A stretch of 64,000 nt of DNA from an uncultured Bacteroidales bacterium (GTDB lineage: Bacteria; Bacteroidota; Bacteroidia; Bacteroidales; CAIXTV01), in assembly GCA_964543995.1 (NCBI GenBank), contig CAZJBB010000002.1, forward strand, positions 2,757-66,756. The letters run 5' to 3'. The notes under the pieces are model-generated. The model had not been told where the DNA came from. It made no database searches and saw only the letters and a program-made list of their open reading frames with translations. Shown here in pieces: positions 35,964 to 45,482 of the stretch (the first letter of the stretch is position 1; each line of letters starts with the position of its first letter). A program made the position numbers and the translations under genes.

Positions 35964-36299
35964 ATGAAAGAAGAAAATATAAATGTTCAGATGCGAAAAG
36001 GGGTCCTGGAATTTTGCATATTGTCAATAGTCCATGAAAAGGATGCCTATACTTCCGATTTAATTGAAAGGCTAAAAACGGCTCATTTAATTGTGGTGGA
36101 AGGAACTTTATATCCGCTGCTGACCCGGTTGAAAAACCAAGGTTATTTAACCTATTACTGGGAGGAGTCCAAACAGGGTCCTCCTCGAAAGTATTTTAAA
36201 ATTACGGATCAGGGAATCCAATTTTTGCTAGAACTTCGCGAAAATTGGTTTGATTTTGTAAGTTCAGTTAACGCCATTATTCAAAAAGATAAATTTTAA
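35964..36299 (+). CDS. PadR family transcriptional regulator
   Basis: KGVLEFCILSIV...AYTSDLIERL...EGTLYPLLTRLKNQGYL. Confidence 0.85.
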   Translation: MKEENINVQMRKGVLEFCILSIVHEKDAYTSDLIERLKTAHLIVVEGTLYPLLTRLKNQGYLTYYWEESKQGPPRKYFKITDQGIQFLLELRENWFDFVSSVNAIIQKDKF

Positions 36300-36310
36300 A
36301 AACCCAAATC

Positions 36311-37954
36311 ATGAAAAAAAATTTTACGGTTAATATCTGCGGAACGATATTCCATATTGATGAAGATGCATACGATCTGTTGAATCAGTATTTTTTAAGC
36401 TTAAAAGAACATTATAAAAATGAGGAAGGGTGTGATGAAATTTTGGGGGATATTGAATCCAGGGTTGCAGAAATGCTCATCGAAAAAACAAATTCAAATG
36501 TCAAAGTGGTGAGCCTTTCCGATATCAATTTTGTAATCAATGTCATGGGTAAACCCGAACAATTTGATGAAAAAGAGCAAACATCTTCAAAGGGTGAATC
36601 TAAAGCTAAAGCCCCCAGACGATTGTACCGCGATCCGGATAATAAAGTGGTTGGTGGAGTCTGCAGTGGAATAGGTGCGTACTTTAACATGGATTCCTTA
36701 ATTATCCGAATTTTATTTATCGTAGCTATTTTATTGGGGTTTTCCGGTGTACTTGTATATATTGTATTATGGATTGCCATTCCTGAAGCCAAAACGACCA
36801 TTGAAAAGTTGGAGATGAAGGGAGAAAAAATAAACTTGAACAACATAGAAAAGAATGTTAAAGAAGAGTTTAGCAATATTAAAGAAAAATTTTCCGAATT
36901 CAGCGAAGATGCCAAGGCTGCATTTCATAAGATCAGACAAGAGACCCAGCCTAATAAATTTGAACGTTTTTTCACTTTTATTTTCACATTGATTAAGTAT
37001 TTTGTAAGGGCATTTGGAATTTTTATCGGCTTAATTTTTATCATCATTGGATTGTTCGTATTGGTAGGCTTAATAGCTTCTTTTTTTGGAGCTAAAACCA
37101 TGACCTTTGGAAACAATGCCATTATTAGTAGTTATTCGTTCAAAGCTTTCCTGAGCTTATTTGTGGATGCCCCATATCAAATTACCCTCATTTACATTGG
37201 ATTATCTTTATTTATTGGGGTCCCACTTATAATGCTGATATATAACGGAATAAAAATTGTTTTGGGCCTAAAAAGCAGGAAACGGTATATTGGAATATCA
37301 GCCTTTTCCTTTTGGCTTGCCGGTTTAATTATCACCACATTCTTAAGCATTCATATTGCTAAAAGCTATTCCAGTAAGAGCTTTTCTGCCAAGAAAATAT
37401 CACTTATCCAACCTTCGAACAACACATTGGCTTTTGAAGTTAATCAAAGTTCAGAGGTAAGTAATAGCGAGCTTCAAGAACGCATACAGCAAGGGATAAG
37501 TCCTTTCAATATAGTTGCACTTAAAGGCAAAGATGTTTTCTACGGAGTGCCCAAATTAGCGTTTTTAGCTTCAGATAACGACAGTTTTCAGGTTGTGGTA
37601 ATCTCTTCTGCAAGAGGAGAGTCTTTGGCTGATGCCGAAAAGCATATTGAAGGGGTAAAATATAATTTAAAACAAGTGGGTTCAACCCTATTGCTAGATC
37701 CTATTTTTCAGTTTAGTGCCTCTGACAAGTGGCGGGTGCAAGATGTGAAAATTATTTGTAAAATTCCCGAAGGGAAAATTATTGATTTGACTAAAAACTT
37801 CAAGATGTTGGATTATTCTTCGGATAAGAATGACGATGGTTATAAGGACTTAAGAGGTAAAAAATGGATTATGGTTCATGGGAGCATAAAGGAATATTTT
37901 GAACCAAAACCGCTAAATATTGTTATAGACAGTGTAAAGACTGTTAGAAAATAG
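36311..37954 (+). CDS. PspC domain-containing membrane protein (long form)
   Basis: PspC motif LYRDPDNKVVGGVCSGIGAYFNMDSLIIRILFIV...LWIAIPEA, then several TM helices and a C-terminal beta-rich domain. Confidence 0.8.
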   Translation: MKKNFTVNICGTIFHIDEDAYDLLNQYFLSLKEHYKNEEGCDEILGDIESRVAEMLIEKTNSNVKVVSLSDINFVINVMGKPEQFDEKEQTSSKGESKAKAPRRLYRDPDNKVVGGVCSGIGAYFNMDSLIIRILFIVAILLGFSGVLVYIVLWIAIPEAKTTIEKLEMKGEKINLNNIEKNVKEEFSNIKEKFSEFSEDAKAAFHKIRQETQPNKFERFFTFIFTLIKYFVRAFGIFIGLIFIIIGLFVLVGLIASFFGAKTMTFGNNAIISSYSFKAFLSLFVDAPYQITLIYIGLSLFIGVPLIMLIYNGIKIVLGLKSRKRYIGISAFSFWLAGLIITTFLSIHIAKSYSSKSFSAKKISLIQPSNNTLAFEVNQSSEVSNSELQERIQQGISPFNIVALKGKDVFYGVPKLAFLASDNDSFQVVVISSARGESLADAEKHIEGVKYNLKQVGSTLLLDPIFQFSASDKWRVQDVKIICKIPEGKIIDLTKNFKMLDYSSDKNDDGYKDLRGKKWIMVHGSIKEYFEPKPLNIVIDSVKTVRK

Positions 37955-37983
37955 ATATTGTAGAAATAGTTAATCTAATTTGT

Positions 37984-38018
37984 AAAATCTCTTGTTTGAT
38001 TAGCAAGAGATTTTTTTT
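37984..38018 (+). terminator. Rho-independent terminator after the pspC-domain gene
   Basis: 11-bp stem aaaatctcttg / caagagatttt, 9-nt loop, T8 run. Confidence 0.75.
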
Positions 38019-38033
38019 GTATCAAGTATTAAG

Positions 38034-38041
38034 TAACTTTG
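38034..38041 (+). promoter_or_regulatory. -7 promoter box TAACTTTG for the E1 dehydrogenase gene
   Basis: 8 nt before the ATG at 38049. Confidence 0.4.
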
Positions 38042-38048
38042 TACTGTT

Positions 38049-40466
38049 ATGAATAACTCATTAAATATACTTCAACATTTAAAACTTACGAAAAAGGAGA
38101 TTTTAAATGATTATAGAATTGGATGTGAAAGCCGTCAGGCAAGCATTCTTGGGCGGAAAGAGGCGCTTTCCGGTAAAGCAAAATTCGGAATTTTTGGTGA
38201 CGGGAAAGAACTTCCACAATTGGTAATGGCAAAGTTTTTTCAACCCGGCGATTGGAGGTCCGGATACTATAGAGACCAAACCTTTATGAATGCTGCCGGA
38301 TTATATTCATGGAAAGAGTTTTTTGCTCAACTATATGGGGATACCGATATTAATGCAAATCCTGCTCATGGTGGAAGAATGATGAATAATCATTTTGCAA
38401 CCCGAATTTTAGATGAGTCCGGGAATTGGAAGAATGTTTCTCAATTAAAAAATGTTTCAGCAGACATTTCTCCTACTGCCGGCCAAATGCCTCGTTTATT
38501 AGGTCTCGCTTTAGCATCAAAATTATATCGATCTCATGAGAACCAAGAAGCATTTGCCGGGTTTTCTGTAAATGGAAACGAAGTAGCTTTCGGAACCATT
38601 GGAGATGCGAGTACCTCCGAAGGTCATTTTTTTGAAACCATTAATGCCGCCGGAGTACTAAAAGTTCCCATGGCGATTTCAATTTGGGATGACGGCTGGG
38701 GTATATCCGTTTCAAAGAAGTATCAAACCACAAAACAAAGCATTTCTGAAATACTTAAAGGGTTTGAAATTAACGAAAAAGGCGAAGGGTATTACATTTA
38801 CAAAGTGAAAGGATGGGATTATACTGCACTTCTTCATGCTTATAGTGAGGGTATTGAAAAATGCAGAAAAGAACACGTTCCGGTTATTTTTCATATCGAA
38901 GAACTTACCCAACCCTTAGGGCACTCTACTTCCGGCTCGCATGAGCGTTATAAGTCGACCGAACAACTGGATTTAGAAAAATTTAAGGATGGACTAACAC
39001 ACTTTAAACAATGGATTGTTGAGCAAGAAATAGCACCAGAAGACGAATTGGAGCAAATTGAACAAAACGCCATTGAAACCATTAAAAACGAAAGGACTGC
39101 AGCCTGGAGTGATTTTATGCTGCCCATGCACACAAAAAGAAATGAGCTATTAACTTTGGTGAATGTAAGTAGCTGTAATTGTGCCAAAACGGATAAAATT
39201 AATGTTTTGATGTCAGAGTTAAAGTCTCTTGCCGAGCCCCTCAAAAAAGACATTGTTCCTTATGCAAAAAAAATATTACGATTGATTTGTAATACCTGCA
39301 ATCCGGATAAATCGCTTAAGAAAAGCCTTACCGTTTGGTTAGAAAAAGAAATTTCAGAAGATACGCATAGATATAGCTCTTATTTATATAGTGAAAACAC
39401 AAATAGCGCCTTAAAAATTCCGTCCATTGCACCCATTTTTAATGACTCTTCTTCTTTAGTGGCCGGTCGTGAAATATTAAAAGCCAATTTTGATGTTATT
39501 TTCGAAGAAAATCCTTTGGTGGTTGCTTTTGGCGAAGATGTTGGACACATTGGAGGTGTTAACCAATCCTTTGAAGGCTTACAAAAGAAATATGGAGAAA
39601 ACCGGGTTTTTGACACAGGAATTAGAGAAGCAACCATCATAGGACAAGCGTTGGGATTGGCATTAAGGGGATTTAGACCCATTGCTGAAATACAATATTT
39701 TGATTATTTATTATATGGTTTACAGGTTATTAGTGATGATTTGGCCACACTGCGGTACCGAACACGAAACGGACAAAAGGCGCCCATGATTATTTCAACC
39801 CGGGGACATCGCTTGGTGGGTATGTGGCATTCCGGATCACCACTGAGCATGGTAATTAACTCTATAAGGGGTGTTTATGTGCTGACACCAAGAAACATGA
39901 CCCAAGCTGCCGGTTTTTATAATACCATGCTAGCATCAGATGACCCTGCATTAATTATTGAACCTTTAAATGCATATCGTTTGAAAGAAAAAATGCCCCT
40001 TAATGTGGGCAAGTATTTTGTTCCTATTGGCATTCCGGAAATATTAAACGAAGGGAACGACATTACCATTGTTACCTATGGAGCCTGTGTAAAAATTGCC
40101 CAAGATGCCCTTACTCAATTAAAGGATTTTGGAATTTCTGTTGAACTTATTGATGTTCAGTCATTATTACCATTCGATATCAATCATAGCATTGTGATTT
40201 CTTTAGCAAAAACAAATAAAATTTTATTTTTTGATGAAGATGTCCCGGGAGGAGCAACCGCTTATATGATGCATCAAGTGATAGAAATTCAGGGAGGATT
40301 CGAACACCTTGATTATCCACCCGTAAGCCTTACGGGGAAGGCACACAGAACTGCATACAGTGCAGATGGCGATTATTTCTCAAATCCCAATGCCGAAGAT
40401 GTTTTTGATACTGTTTATAAGATGATGCATCAATATAATCCGAAACGTTTTCCGTCAATTTATTAA
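38049..40466 (+). CDS. Fused alpha/beta E1 component of a 2-oxoacid (branched-chain type) dehydrogenase, TPP-dependent
   Basis: The alpha part carries the TPP-binding GDASTSEGHFFE. The beta/transketolase-like part has VFDTGIREATIIGQALGLALRG and a C-terminal domain. Single 805-aa ORF. Confidence 0.85.
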   Translation: MNNSLNILQHLKLTKKEILNDYRIGCESRQASILGRKEALSGKAKFGIFGDGKELPQLVMAKFFQPGDWRSGYYRDQTFMNAAGLYSWKEFFAQLYGDTDINANPAHGGRMMNNHFATRILDESGNWKNVSQLKNVSADISPTAGQMPRLLGLALASKLYRSHENQEAFAGFSVNGNEVAFGTIGDASTSEGHFFETINAAGVLKVPMAISIWDDGWGISVSKKYQTTKQSISEILKGFEINEKGEGYYIYKVKGWDYTALLHAYSEGIEKCRKEHVPVIFHIEELTQPLGHSTSGSHERYKSTEQLDLEKFKDGLTHFKQWIVEQEIAPEDELEQIEQNAIETIKNERTAAWSDFMLPMHTKRNELLTLVNVSSCNCAKTDKINVLMSELKSLAEPLKKDIVPYAKKILRLICNTCNPDKSLKKSLTVWLEKEISEDTHRYSSYLYSENTNSALKIPSIAPIFNDSSSLVAGREILKANFDVIFEENPLVVAFGEDVGHIGGVNQSFEGLQKKYGENRVFDTGIREATIIGQALGLALRGFRPIAEIQYFDYLLYGLQVISDDLATLRYRTRNGQKAPMIISTRGHRLVGMWHSGSPLSMVINSIRGVYVLTPRNMTQAAGFYNTMLASDDPALIIEPLNAYRLKEKMPLNVGKYFVPIGIPEILNEGNDITIVTYGACVKIAQDALTQLKDFGISVELIDVQSLLPFDINHSIVISLAKTNKILFFDEDVPGGATAYMMHQVIEIQGGFEHLDYPPVSLTGKAHRTAYSADGDYFSNPNAEDVFDTVYKMMHQYNPKRFPSIY

Positions 40467-40476
40467 TTTTAATCAA

Positions 40477-41142
40477 ATGAAAAATATTTTTTTGTTCATT
40501 ATAGGGGTTGTCATTGCAATTACATTTACCAATTGCAAAAAGACAAATTCTTTTAAAGTTAGTATTTCGGGGAAAGTTGTTGAGTCGAATCATCAAACGG
40601 CCATCTCTAATGCAACACTTGTACTTTCCGCAAGCATGATTTCTTCCGGCACCTATAATTCAAATTATAATGAAATTGCCAATACCACAACAGATGGGAG
40701 CGGCAACTACACTTTTAATGCAAGTATTGACGGGAAACCCGTTGGATTAAGGGTAGCTGTTGTGAAATCCGGTTATTTTACAAATTCTTTTGACTTAAGT
40801 CCAACTTTATTCGAAAACGGGAATACCTATACCCAAGATTTTAACTTATTTACAGAATCCTTTATCAAATTACAGGTAAACAACGTTTCTCCAAACGATA
40901 GCTCTGATAGGATAACGTATTATTATACCCTCTCCCCTTCCTTACACTGCAGCCAATGCTGCTCGGATAATCAGATAACAGGTTACGGACAATACTATCA
41001 TGCTTCTTCTGTGTGTAAAACCTACGGAAATCAATGGACAAAAATTGTATGGACGGTTATCAAATATGGGAACATGAATTTTCATGCTGACTCCATCTAC
41101 ATTGCACCTTCTGATACAGCACAGTACACAATAAATTATTAA
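40477..41142 (+). CDS. Lipoprotein of unknown function (carboxypeptidase-regulatory-like beta-sandwich at the N terminus)
   Basis: Lipobox ITFTNC|KK, then ISGKVVES...TTDGSGNYTF. Confidence 0.65.
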   Translation: MKNIFLFIIGVVIAITFTNCKKTNSFKVSISGKVVESNHQTAISNATLVLSASMISSGTYNSNYNEIANTTTDGSGNYTFNASIDGKPVGLRVAVVKSGYFTNSFDLSPTLFENGNTYTQDFNLFTESFIKLQVNNVSPNDSSDRITYYYTLSPSLHCSQCCSDNQITGYGQYYHASSVCKTYGNQWTKIVWTVIKYGNMNFHADSIYIAPSDTAQYTINY

Positions 41143-41463
41143 GCTACAAAAGTTTTCTTTTTCTTTTTGCCCCGACAACACTTATATAAAATACATTAGC
41201 ATAAGGAATTTGGAATGTAATGTTCCTAAATGAATATTTTGGAACATCAAATTAATGGAACATTCAGCGCTCCTATATATAAATTTGGTTAAATATTTAC
41301 ATCACTGTATCCCTTGATACTATTTGAGTTTCATTTGTCGACCACTGTATAGGCACCGAATATACTATGATTTAACAATATATTTATCGTAACAATCAGA
41401 TAATAAATGTGTTAAAGTAAAGTTAATGCATGTTTTGCTCTTTACAATCAGGGTTCCACTATA

Positions 41464-41471
41464 TATATTTG
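41464..41471 (+). promoter_or_regulatory. -7 promoter box TATATTTG upstream of the acylphosphatase gene
   Basis: 17 nt upstream of the ATG at 41488. Confidence 0.35.
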
Positions 41472-41487
41472 TTTTTTTAAAGGACTT

Positions 41488-41754
41488 ATGATTAGTTATA
41501 AAGTTTGGGTAGTAGGTAAGGTTCATGGGGTTGGGTTTCGTTTTTATTCAATGCAAATGGCTTATAAATATGGTGTTTTTGGCTTTGTAAAAAATCTTTC
41601 TGATGGAAAAGTTTATATGGAATTAGAGGGGGAGCTTGAAAAAATTGATTTATTCCTCGATTGGTGTAGAATTGGCCCTATGGGTGCAAAAGTTAATGAA
41701 ATCCTTCTTGAAAATAATTCATTGAAAAACTTCACCGCCTTCAATATTCAATAA
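41488..41754 (+). CDS. acyP: Acylphosphatase
   Basis: VxGxVQGVGFR-type motif (VVGKVHGVGFRFYS) and GFVKNLSDGKV. Confidence 0.85.
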   Translation: MISYKVWVVGKVHGVGFRFYSMQMAYKYGVFGFVKNLSDGKVYMELEGELEKIDLFLDWCRIGPMGAKVNEILLENNSLKNFTAFNIQ

Positions 41755-41884
41755 TATTTAAGTTTTGAATTGCTTTTATTTAGATTTCCTGAGGTTCAGG
41801 TTTAAATGCATTTCGTAAATAAGAATTTTAACTACTTTTATTAGCGGATAATTTTCAGCAATTTGACCCTCTAAAATTTGTTTT

Positions 41885-42481
41885 ATGAATAAAAAAGCCA
41901 ATCACACATTTCCGATACTTGATTTGATAGCAGAAAGGTGGAGTCCACGGTCGTTTAAAACTGAAGACGTGCCGGTTCAAAAAATCCAAAGTTTGTTTGA
42001 AGCTGCAAGATGGTGTTCTTCGGCCTTTAATGACCAACCTTGGCGTTATATTGTGGGTAACAAAAAGAATCCCACTTGGAATGCGATTTTTGATTGTTTG
42101 AATGAAGGTAATAGAGAATGGAATCAAAATGTCCCTTTACTTATTTTGGTGTGTTGTGAAACGCATTCGCCCATTACCGGAAAGACCAATCCTTATGCCT
42201 CTTTCGATACCGGACAAAGTATGGCTACTTTGTGCCAACAAGCGCAATACTTGGGCTTACATACCCACCCCATGGCAGGGTTTCATAAAGAAAAGGCTAG
42301 AGAATTTTTTCAGCTACCTTCAACCATTGAACCTTTGACCGTTCTGGCTGTTGGATATTTAGACACGCCAAATAAACTGTCTGAAAAATATATGACCGCT
42401 GAACTTTCGGAAAGAAAAAGAAGAGGTTTCAGTGAGTTTGTTTTTTTTGAAAAGTATAATCAACCTTTAGAAATGTTTTAA
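41885..42481 (+). CDS. Nitroreductase family protein
   Basis: RWSPRSF ... AARWCSSAFNDQPWRY ... typical FMN nitroreductase fold length. Confidence 0.8.
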   Translation: MNKKANHTFPILDLIAERWSPRSFKTEDVPVQKIQSLFEAARWCSSAFNDQPWRYIVGNKKNPTWNAIFDCLNEGNREWNQNVPLLILVCCETHSPITGKTNPYASFDTGQSMATLCQQAQYLGLHTHPMAGFHKEKAREFFQLPSTIEPLTVLAVGYLDTPNKLSEKYMTAELSERKRRGFSEFVFFEKYNQPLEMF

Positions 42482-42484
42482 CCT

Positions 42485-43630
42485 ATGGAAAGTACTATAA
42501 TTTATAACCCTACCACTCTTCATTTTGGGAAAAAAGCAATGGATTCACTTGGAACAGATGTTTCGACTGTTGCACAAAAAGTACTGCTTCTTTATGGTAA
42601 AGGCTCCATAAAACAAAATGGTTTGTACTCACAAGTTGCCAAACTCCTTCAGAGCCATCAAATAGATGTTGTGGAATACGGTGGCATCAAATCAAACCCC
42701 ATTATTGAGGATGTAAACGCAGCCGCCGATTTGGGCAGAAAAGAAAAGGTGGATGCAATTGTTGCTGTTGGAGGTGGAAGTGTCATTGATTCTGCAAAAT
42801 ACATTGCTGTCGCCATTTGCGGCACTTGTGATGCATGGGATTATCCAACTCAAAAAGCTAAGGTGGTTGGTGCTCTGCCTCTTTTTGCGGTACTTACCCT
42901 TGCAGCAACCGGCACCGAAATGAATCCGTTTGCTGTTGTCCAAAACTCAGAAAAGAAACAGAAAATTGGGTGGGGACATCCATTGATGTACCCAAAACAT
43001 TCTTATTTAGACCCGGTAAACACATTAAGTGTACCTAAAAATTACACTGCTTATGGCATTGTTGATTTAATTGCACATAGTTTAGAGGCTTGGTTTGGAA
43101 AAGGGGATGCCTCCTTGTCCGATAAATTTGTTGTTGACATCATTCAGGAAGCATTGGAAAATGGTCCTTTGCTTATGGATGATTTACAAAATTATGATTT
43201 AAGGGAAAAAATTATGTATGCTGCCACCATGGCGTTAAACGGATTAACTTTATATGGTAGATCTTCTGCGGATTGGGGTGTGCATAGTATAGGTCATGTG
43301 CTTTCTTTATTGTACGATATGCCTCATGGAGCCTCTTTGTCTATCGCTTATCCTGCTTGGATGAGCCATCTTACGAGCAAAATTCCCGACCGAATTGAAA
43401 AACTTGGATTCGAACTATTCAACACCCAAAGTCCGGATGACACTATTTACAAACTGAAATCTTTTTTCCGCTTATTGGGAAGCCCAGTTAGTCTTATTGA
43501 GGCAGGTATTGATGTCTCCGAAAAGGATAAAATACTTTCTTTATTAAAAAAAGAAAGTATTGGAATGCATCATAAATTAAGCCATACGGATTTGGAAGCA
43601 ATTACTCATCTCATGTTTGTAGAATCATAA
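42485..43630 (+). CDS. Iron-containing (group III) alcohol dehydrogenase, YqhD/butanol dehydrogenase-like
   Basis: AVGGGSVIDSAK, and metal-ligand histidines in HSLEAW and HSIGHVLS...PHGASL. Confidence 0.85.
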   Translation: MESTIIYNPTTLHFGKKAMDSLGTDVSTVAQKVLLLYGKGSIKQNGLYSQVAKLLQSHQIDVVEYGGIKSNPIIEDVNAAADLGRKEKVDAIVAVGGGSVIDSAKYIAVAICGTCDAWDYPTQKAKVVGALPLFAVLTLAATGTEMNPFAVVQNSEKKQKIGWGHPLMYPKHSYLDPVNTLSVPKNYTAYGIVDLIAHSLEAWFGKGDASLSDKFVVDIIQEALENGPLLMDDLQNYDLREKIMYAATMALNGLTLYGRSSADWGVHSIGHVLSLLYDMPHGASLSIAYPAWMSHLTSKIPDRIEKLGFELFNTQSPDDTIYKLKSFFRLLGSPVSLIEAGIDVSEKDKILSLLKKESIGMHHKLSHTDLEAITHLMFVES

Positions 43631-43755
43631 AATTCGGAAATAAATTTTAAGTACTACAGCCAAATATTAATATAAACTTAATATTGAGAACTCTTCTACT
43701 TGAGGGATAAAAAATACTTTTATATCATATTAAGATAAAACATAAAAAGTAAAAA

Positions 43756-44403
43756 ATGGGGTTGAATAAATTTTTCCAAATACTGGTTCCAAAAGACAAA
43801 AAATTTATCCCTTTGTTTGTTCAAGGGGCTGAAAATCTTTTAAATGCATCACATCTATTAAAAAATGTTTTTGAGGAAACTGATAACATTAAAAGAAACG
43901 AAATTATTAAAAAGATCAAAGACATCGAGCACAAAGGGGACGAAATTACGCATACAATTTTCAATGAACTCAATCGAACTTTCATTACTCCTTTCGATAG
44001 AGAGGATATTCAAAGTTTGACCTCTTCCCTTGATGATGTGCTGGATTTGGTTAATGGGGCTGCTACCAGGATTAATATATACCGATTCGATAAATTTGAT
44101 GAGTCATTTCTCAAGTTTGCCTTTATTTTAATACAATGTTCCGAAGAGATTAAAAAGGCTCTTATCGAGCTTAACAACTTAAAAAAACCGGAAAAAATTA
44201 AAGAAGCTTGCATTGCCATTAACTCCTACGAAAATGAAGCGGATGAGTTATATCATCAATCTATATCCAAACTTTTTGATACTGAAACAGATCCAATCAG
44301 TATTATTAAAAAAAGAGATATGCTTGATGTATTAGAAAATGCTACCGATAAAGCAGAAGATGTTTCTGATGTTTTGAAAGCAATTATTGTGAAAGTAGGG
44401 TAA
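43756..44403 (+). CDS. DUF47 (PhoU-like) phosphate transport regulator family protein
   Basis: Helical 215-aa protein, ...IEHKGDEITH...FITPFDREDI...YENEADELY..., directly upstream of PiT. Confidence 0.8.
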   Translation: MGLNKFFQILVPKDKKFIPLFVQGAENLLNASHLLKNVFEETDNIKRNEIIKKIKDIEHKGDEITHTIFNELNRTFITPFDREDIQSLTSSLDDVLDLVNGAATRINIYRFDKFDESFLKFAFILIQCSEEIKKALIELNNLKKPEKIKEACIAINSYENEADELYHQSISKLFDTETDPISIIKKRDMLDVLENATDKAEDVSDVLKAIIVKVG

Positions 44404-44414
44404 ATAAGAAAAAA

Positions 44415-45461
44415 ATGAGCTTTACTTTACTTATTGTTATCATTATTTTGGCGTTTGCATTTGATTTTGTAAATGGCTTTCACGATGCAGCCAATTCAAT
44501 TGCGACCATTGTATCTACAAAAGTGCTTACCCCCTTTCAAGCAGTGCTATGGGCAGCTTTTTTTAATTTTTTAGCCTATCTCATCTTTGAATTACATATT
44601 GTTGATACCATTGCTAAAACTGTAGATACCAGCGTCATAAATCTTCAGGTCATTTTGGCAGGATTAATAGCAGCTACTATTTGGAATTTATTAACCTGGT
44701 ACTTGGGAATTCCTTCAAGTTCCTCCCACACACTGGTGGGCGGTTTTGCCGGTGCAGCTATAGCCTTCGGAGGTTGGGGAATTGTACATACTGATATCAT
44801 TATTAAAATTGCCTCTTTTATATTCTTGGCTCCCATTTTAGGAATGGTAATCTCTTACTTGTTTTCTGTTTTGCTTTTGCATATAACCAAAAATGGAAAA
44901 CCTTCCACTTTGAATAAAATTTTCCGACCGCTTCAATTACTTTCCTCTGCATTATTTAGCTTAGGTCATGGAGGAAATGATGCTCAAAAAGTTATGGGTA
45001 TCATCACGGCTGCATTAATTGTTTATTTTAAAGGGGTGGATCCTTCGTCAATTCCGGAATGGGCAAATATAACTTACAACTCTGCTCATAAAATTCATAC
45101 CATTCCTCATTGGATAGTACTTGGTTGTTACTCCTGCATAGCCTTGGGAACCATGCTGGGTGGATGGAAAATTGTGAGAACCATGGGGTCGAAAATTACG
45201 AAATTGACTCCTTTTCAAGGGGTTGCAGCAGAGACTTCCGGTGCAATAATGCTCTTTGGTACCGAATATTTTGGAATACCTGTTAGCACCACGCATACCA
45301 TTACAGGGGCGATTATTGGAACCGGTATGACCAGAAGACTTTCGGCTGTAAGATGGGGTGTTGGGGCAAAATTATTGTGGGCATGGGTACTTACAATTCC
45401 TGTCAGTATGCTCATTGCCATAGGGATGTACCAGCTGGTAATTCTTCTTTTTCCGGCTTAA
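44415..45461 (+). CDS. Inorganic phosphate transporter, PiT family
   Basis: Duplicated signature GFHDAANSIAT and GGNDAQK ... VSTTHTITGAIIG. Confidence 0.9.
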   Translation: MSFTLLIVIIILAFAFDFVNGFHDAANSIATIVSTKVLTPFQAVLWAAFFNFLAYLIFELHIVDTIAKTVDTSVINLQVILAGLIAATIWNLLTWYLGIPSSSSHTLVGGFAGAAIAFGGWGIVHTDIIIKIASFIFLAPILGMVISYLFSVLLLHITKNGKPSTLNKIFRPLQLLSSALFSLGHGGNDAQKVMGIITAALIVYFKGVDPSSIPEWANITYNSAHKIHTIPHWIVLGCYSCIALGTMLGGWKIVRTMGSKITKLTPFQGVAAETSGAIMLFGTEYFGIPVSTTHTITGAIIGTGMTRRLSAVRWGVGAKLLWAWVLTIPVSMLIAIGMYQLVILLFPA

Positions 45462-45482
45462 TAAAGAAAAACTTTAAAAGTT

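Noticed and set aside
36412-36915. 167-aa ORF antisense to the PspC-domain gene
   Set aside because: Shadow ORF inside a CDS with a clear PspC motif. Its composition is serine/leucine-rich and featureless.
43756-45461. DUF47-PiT pair as a novel system
   Set aside because: This is a widespread and already recognised pairing of a PhoU-like regulator with a PiT phosphate transporter.
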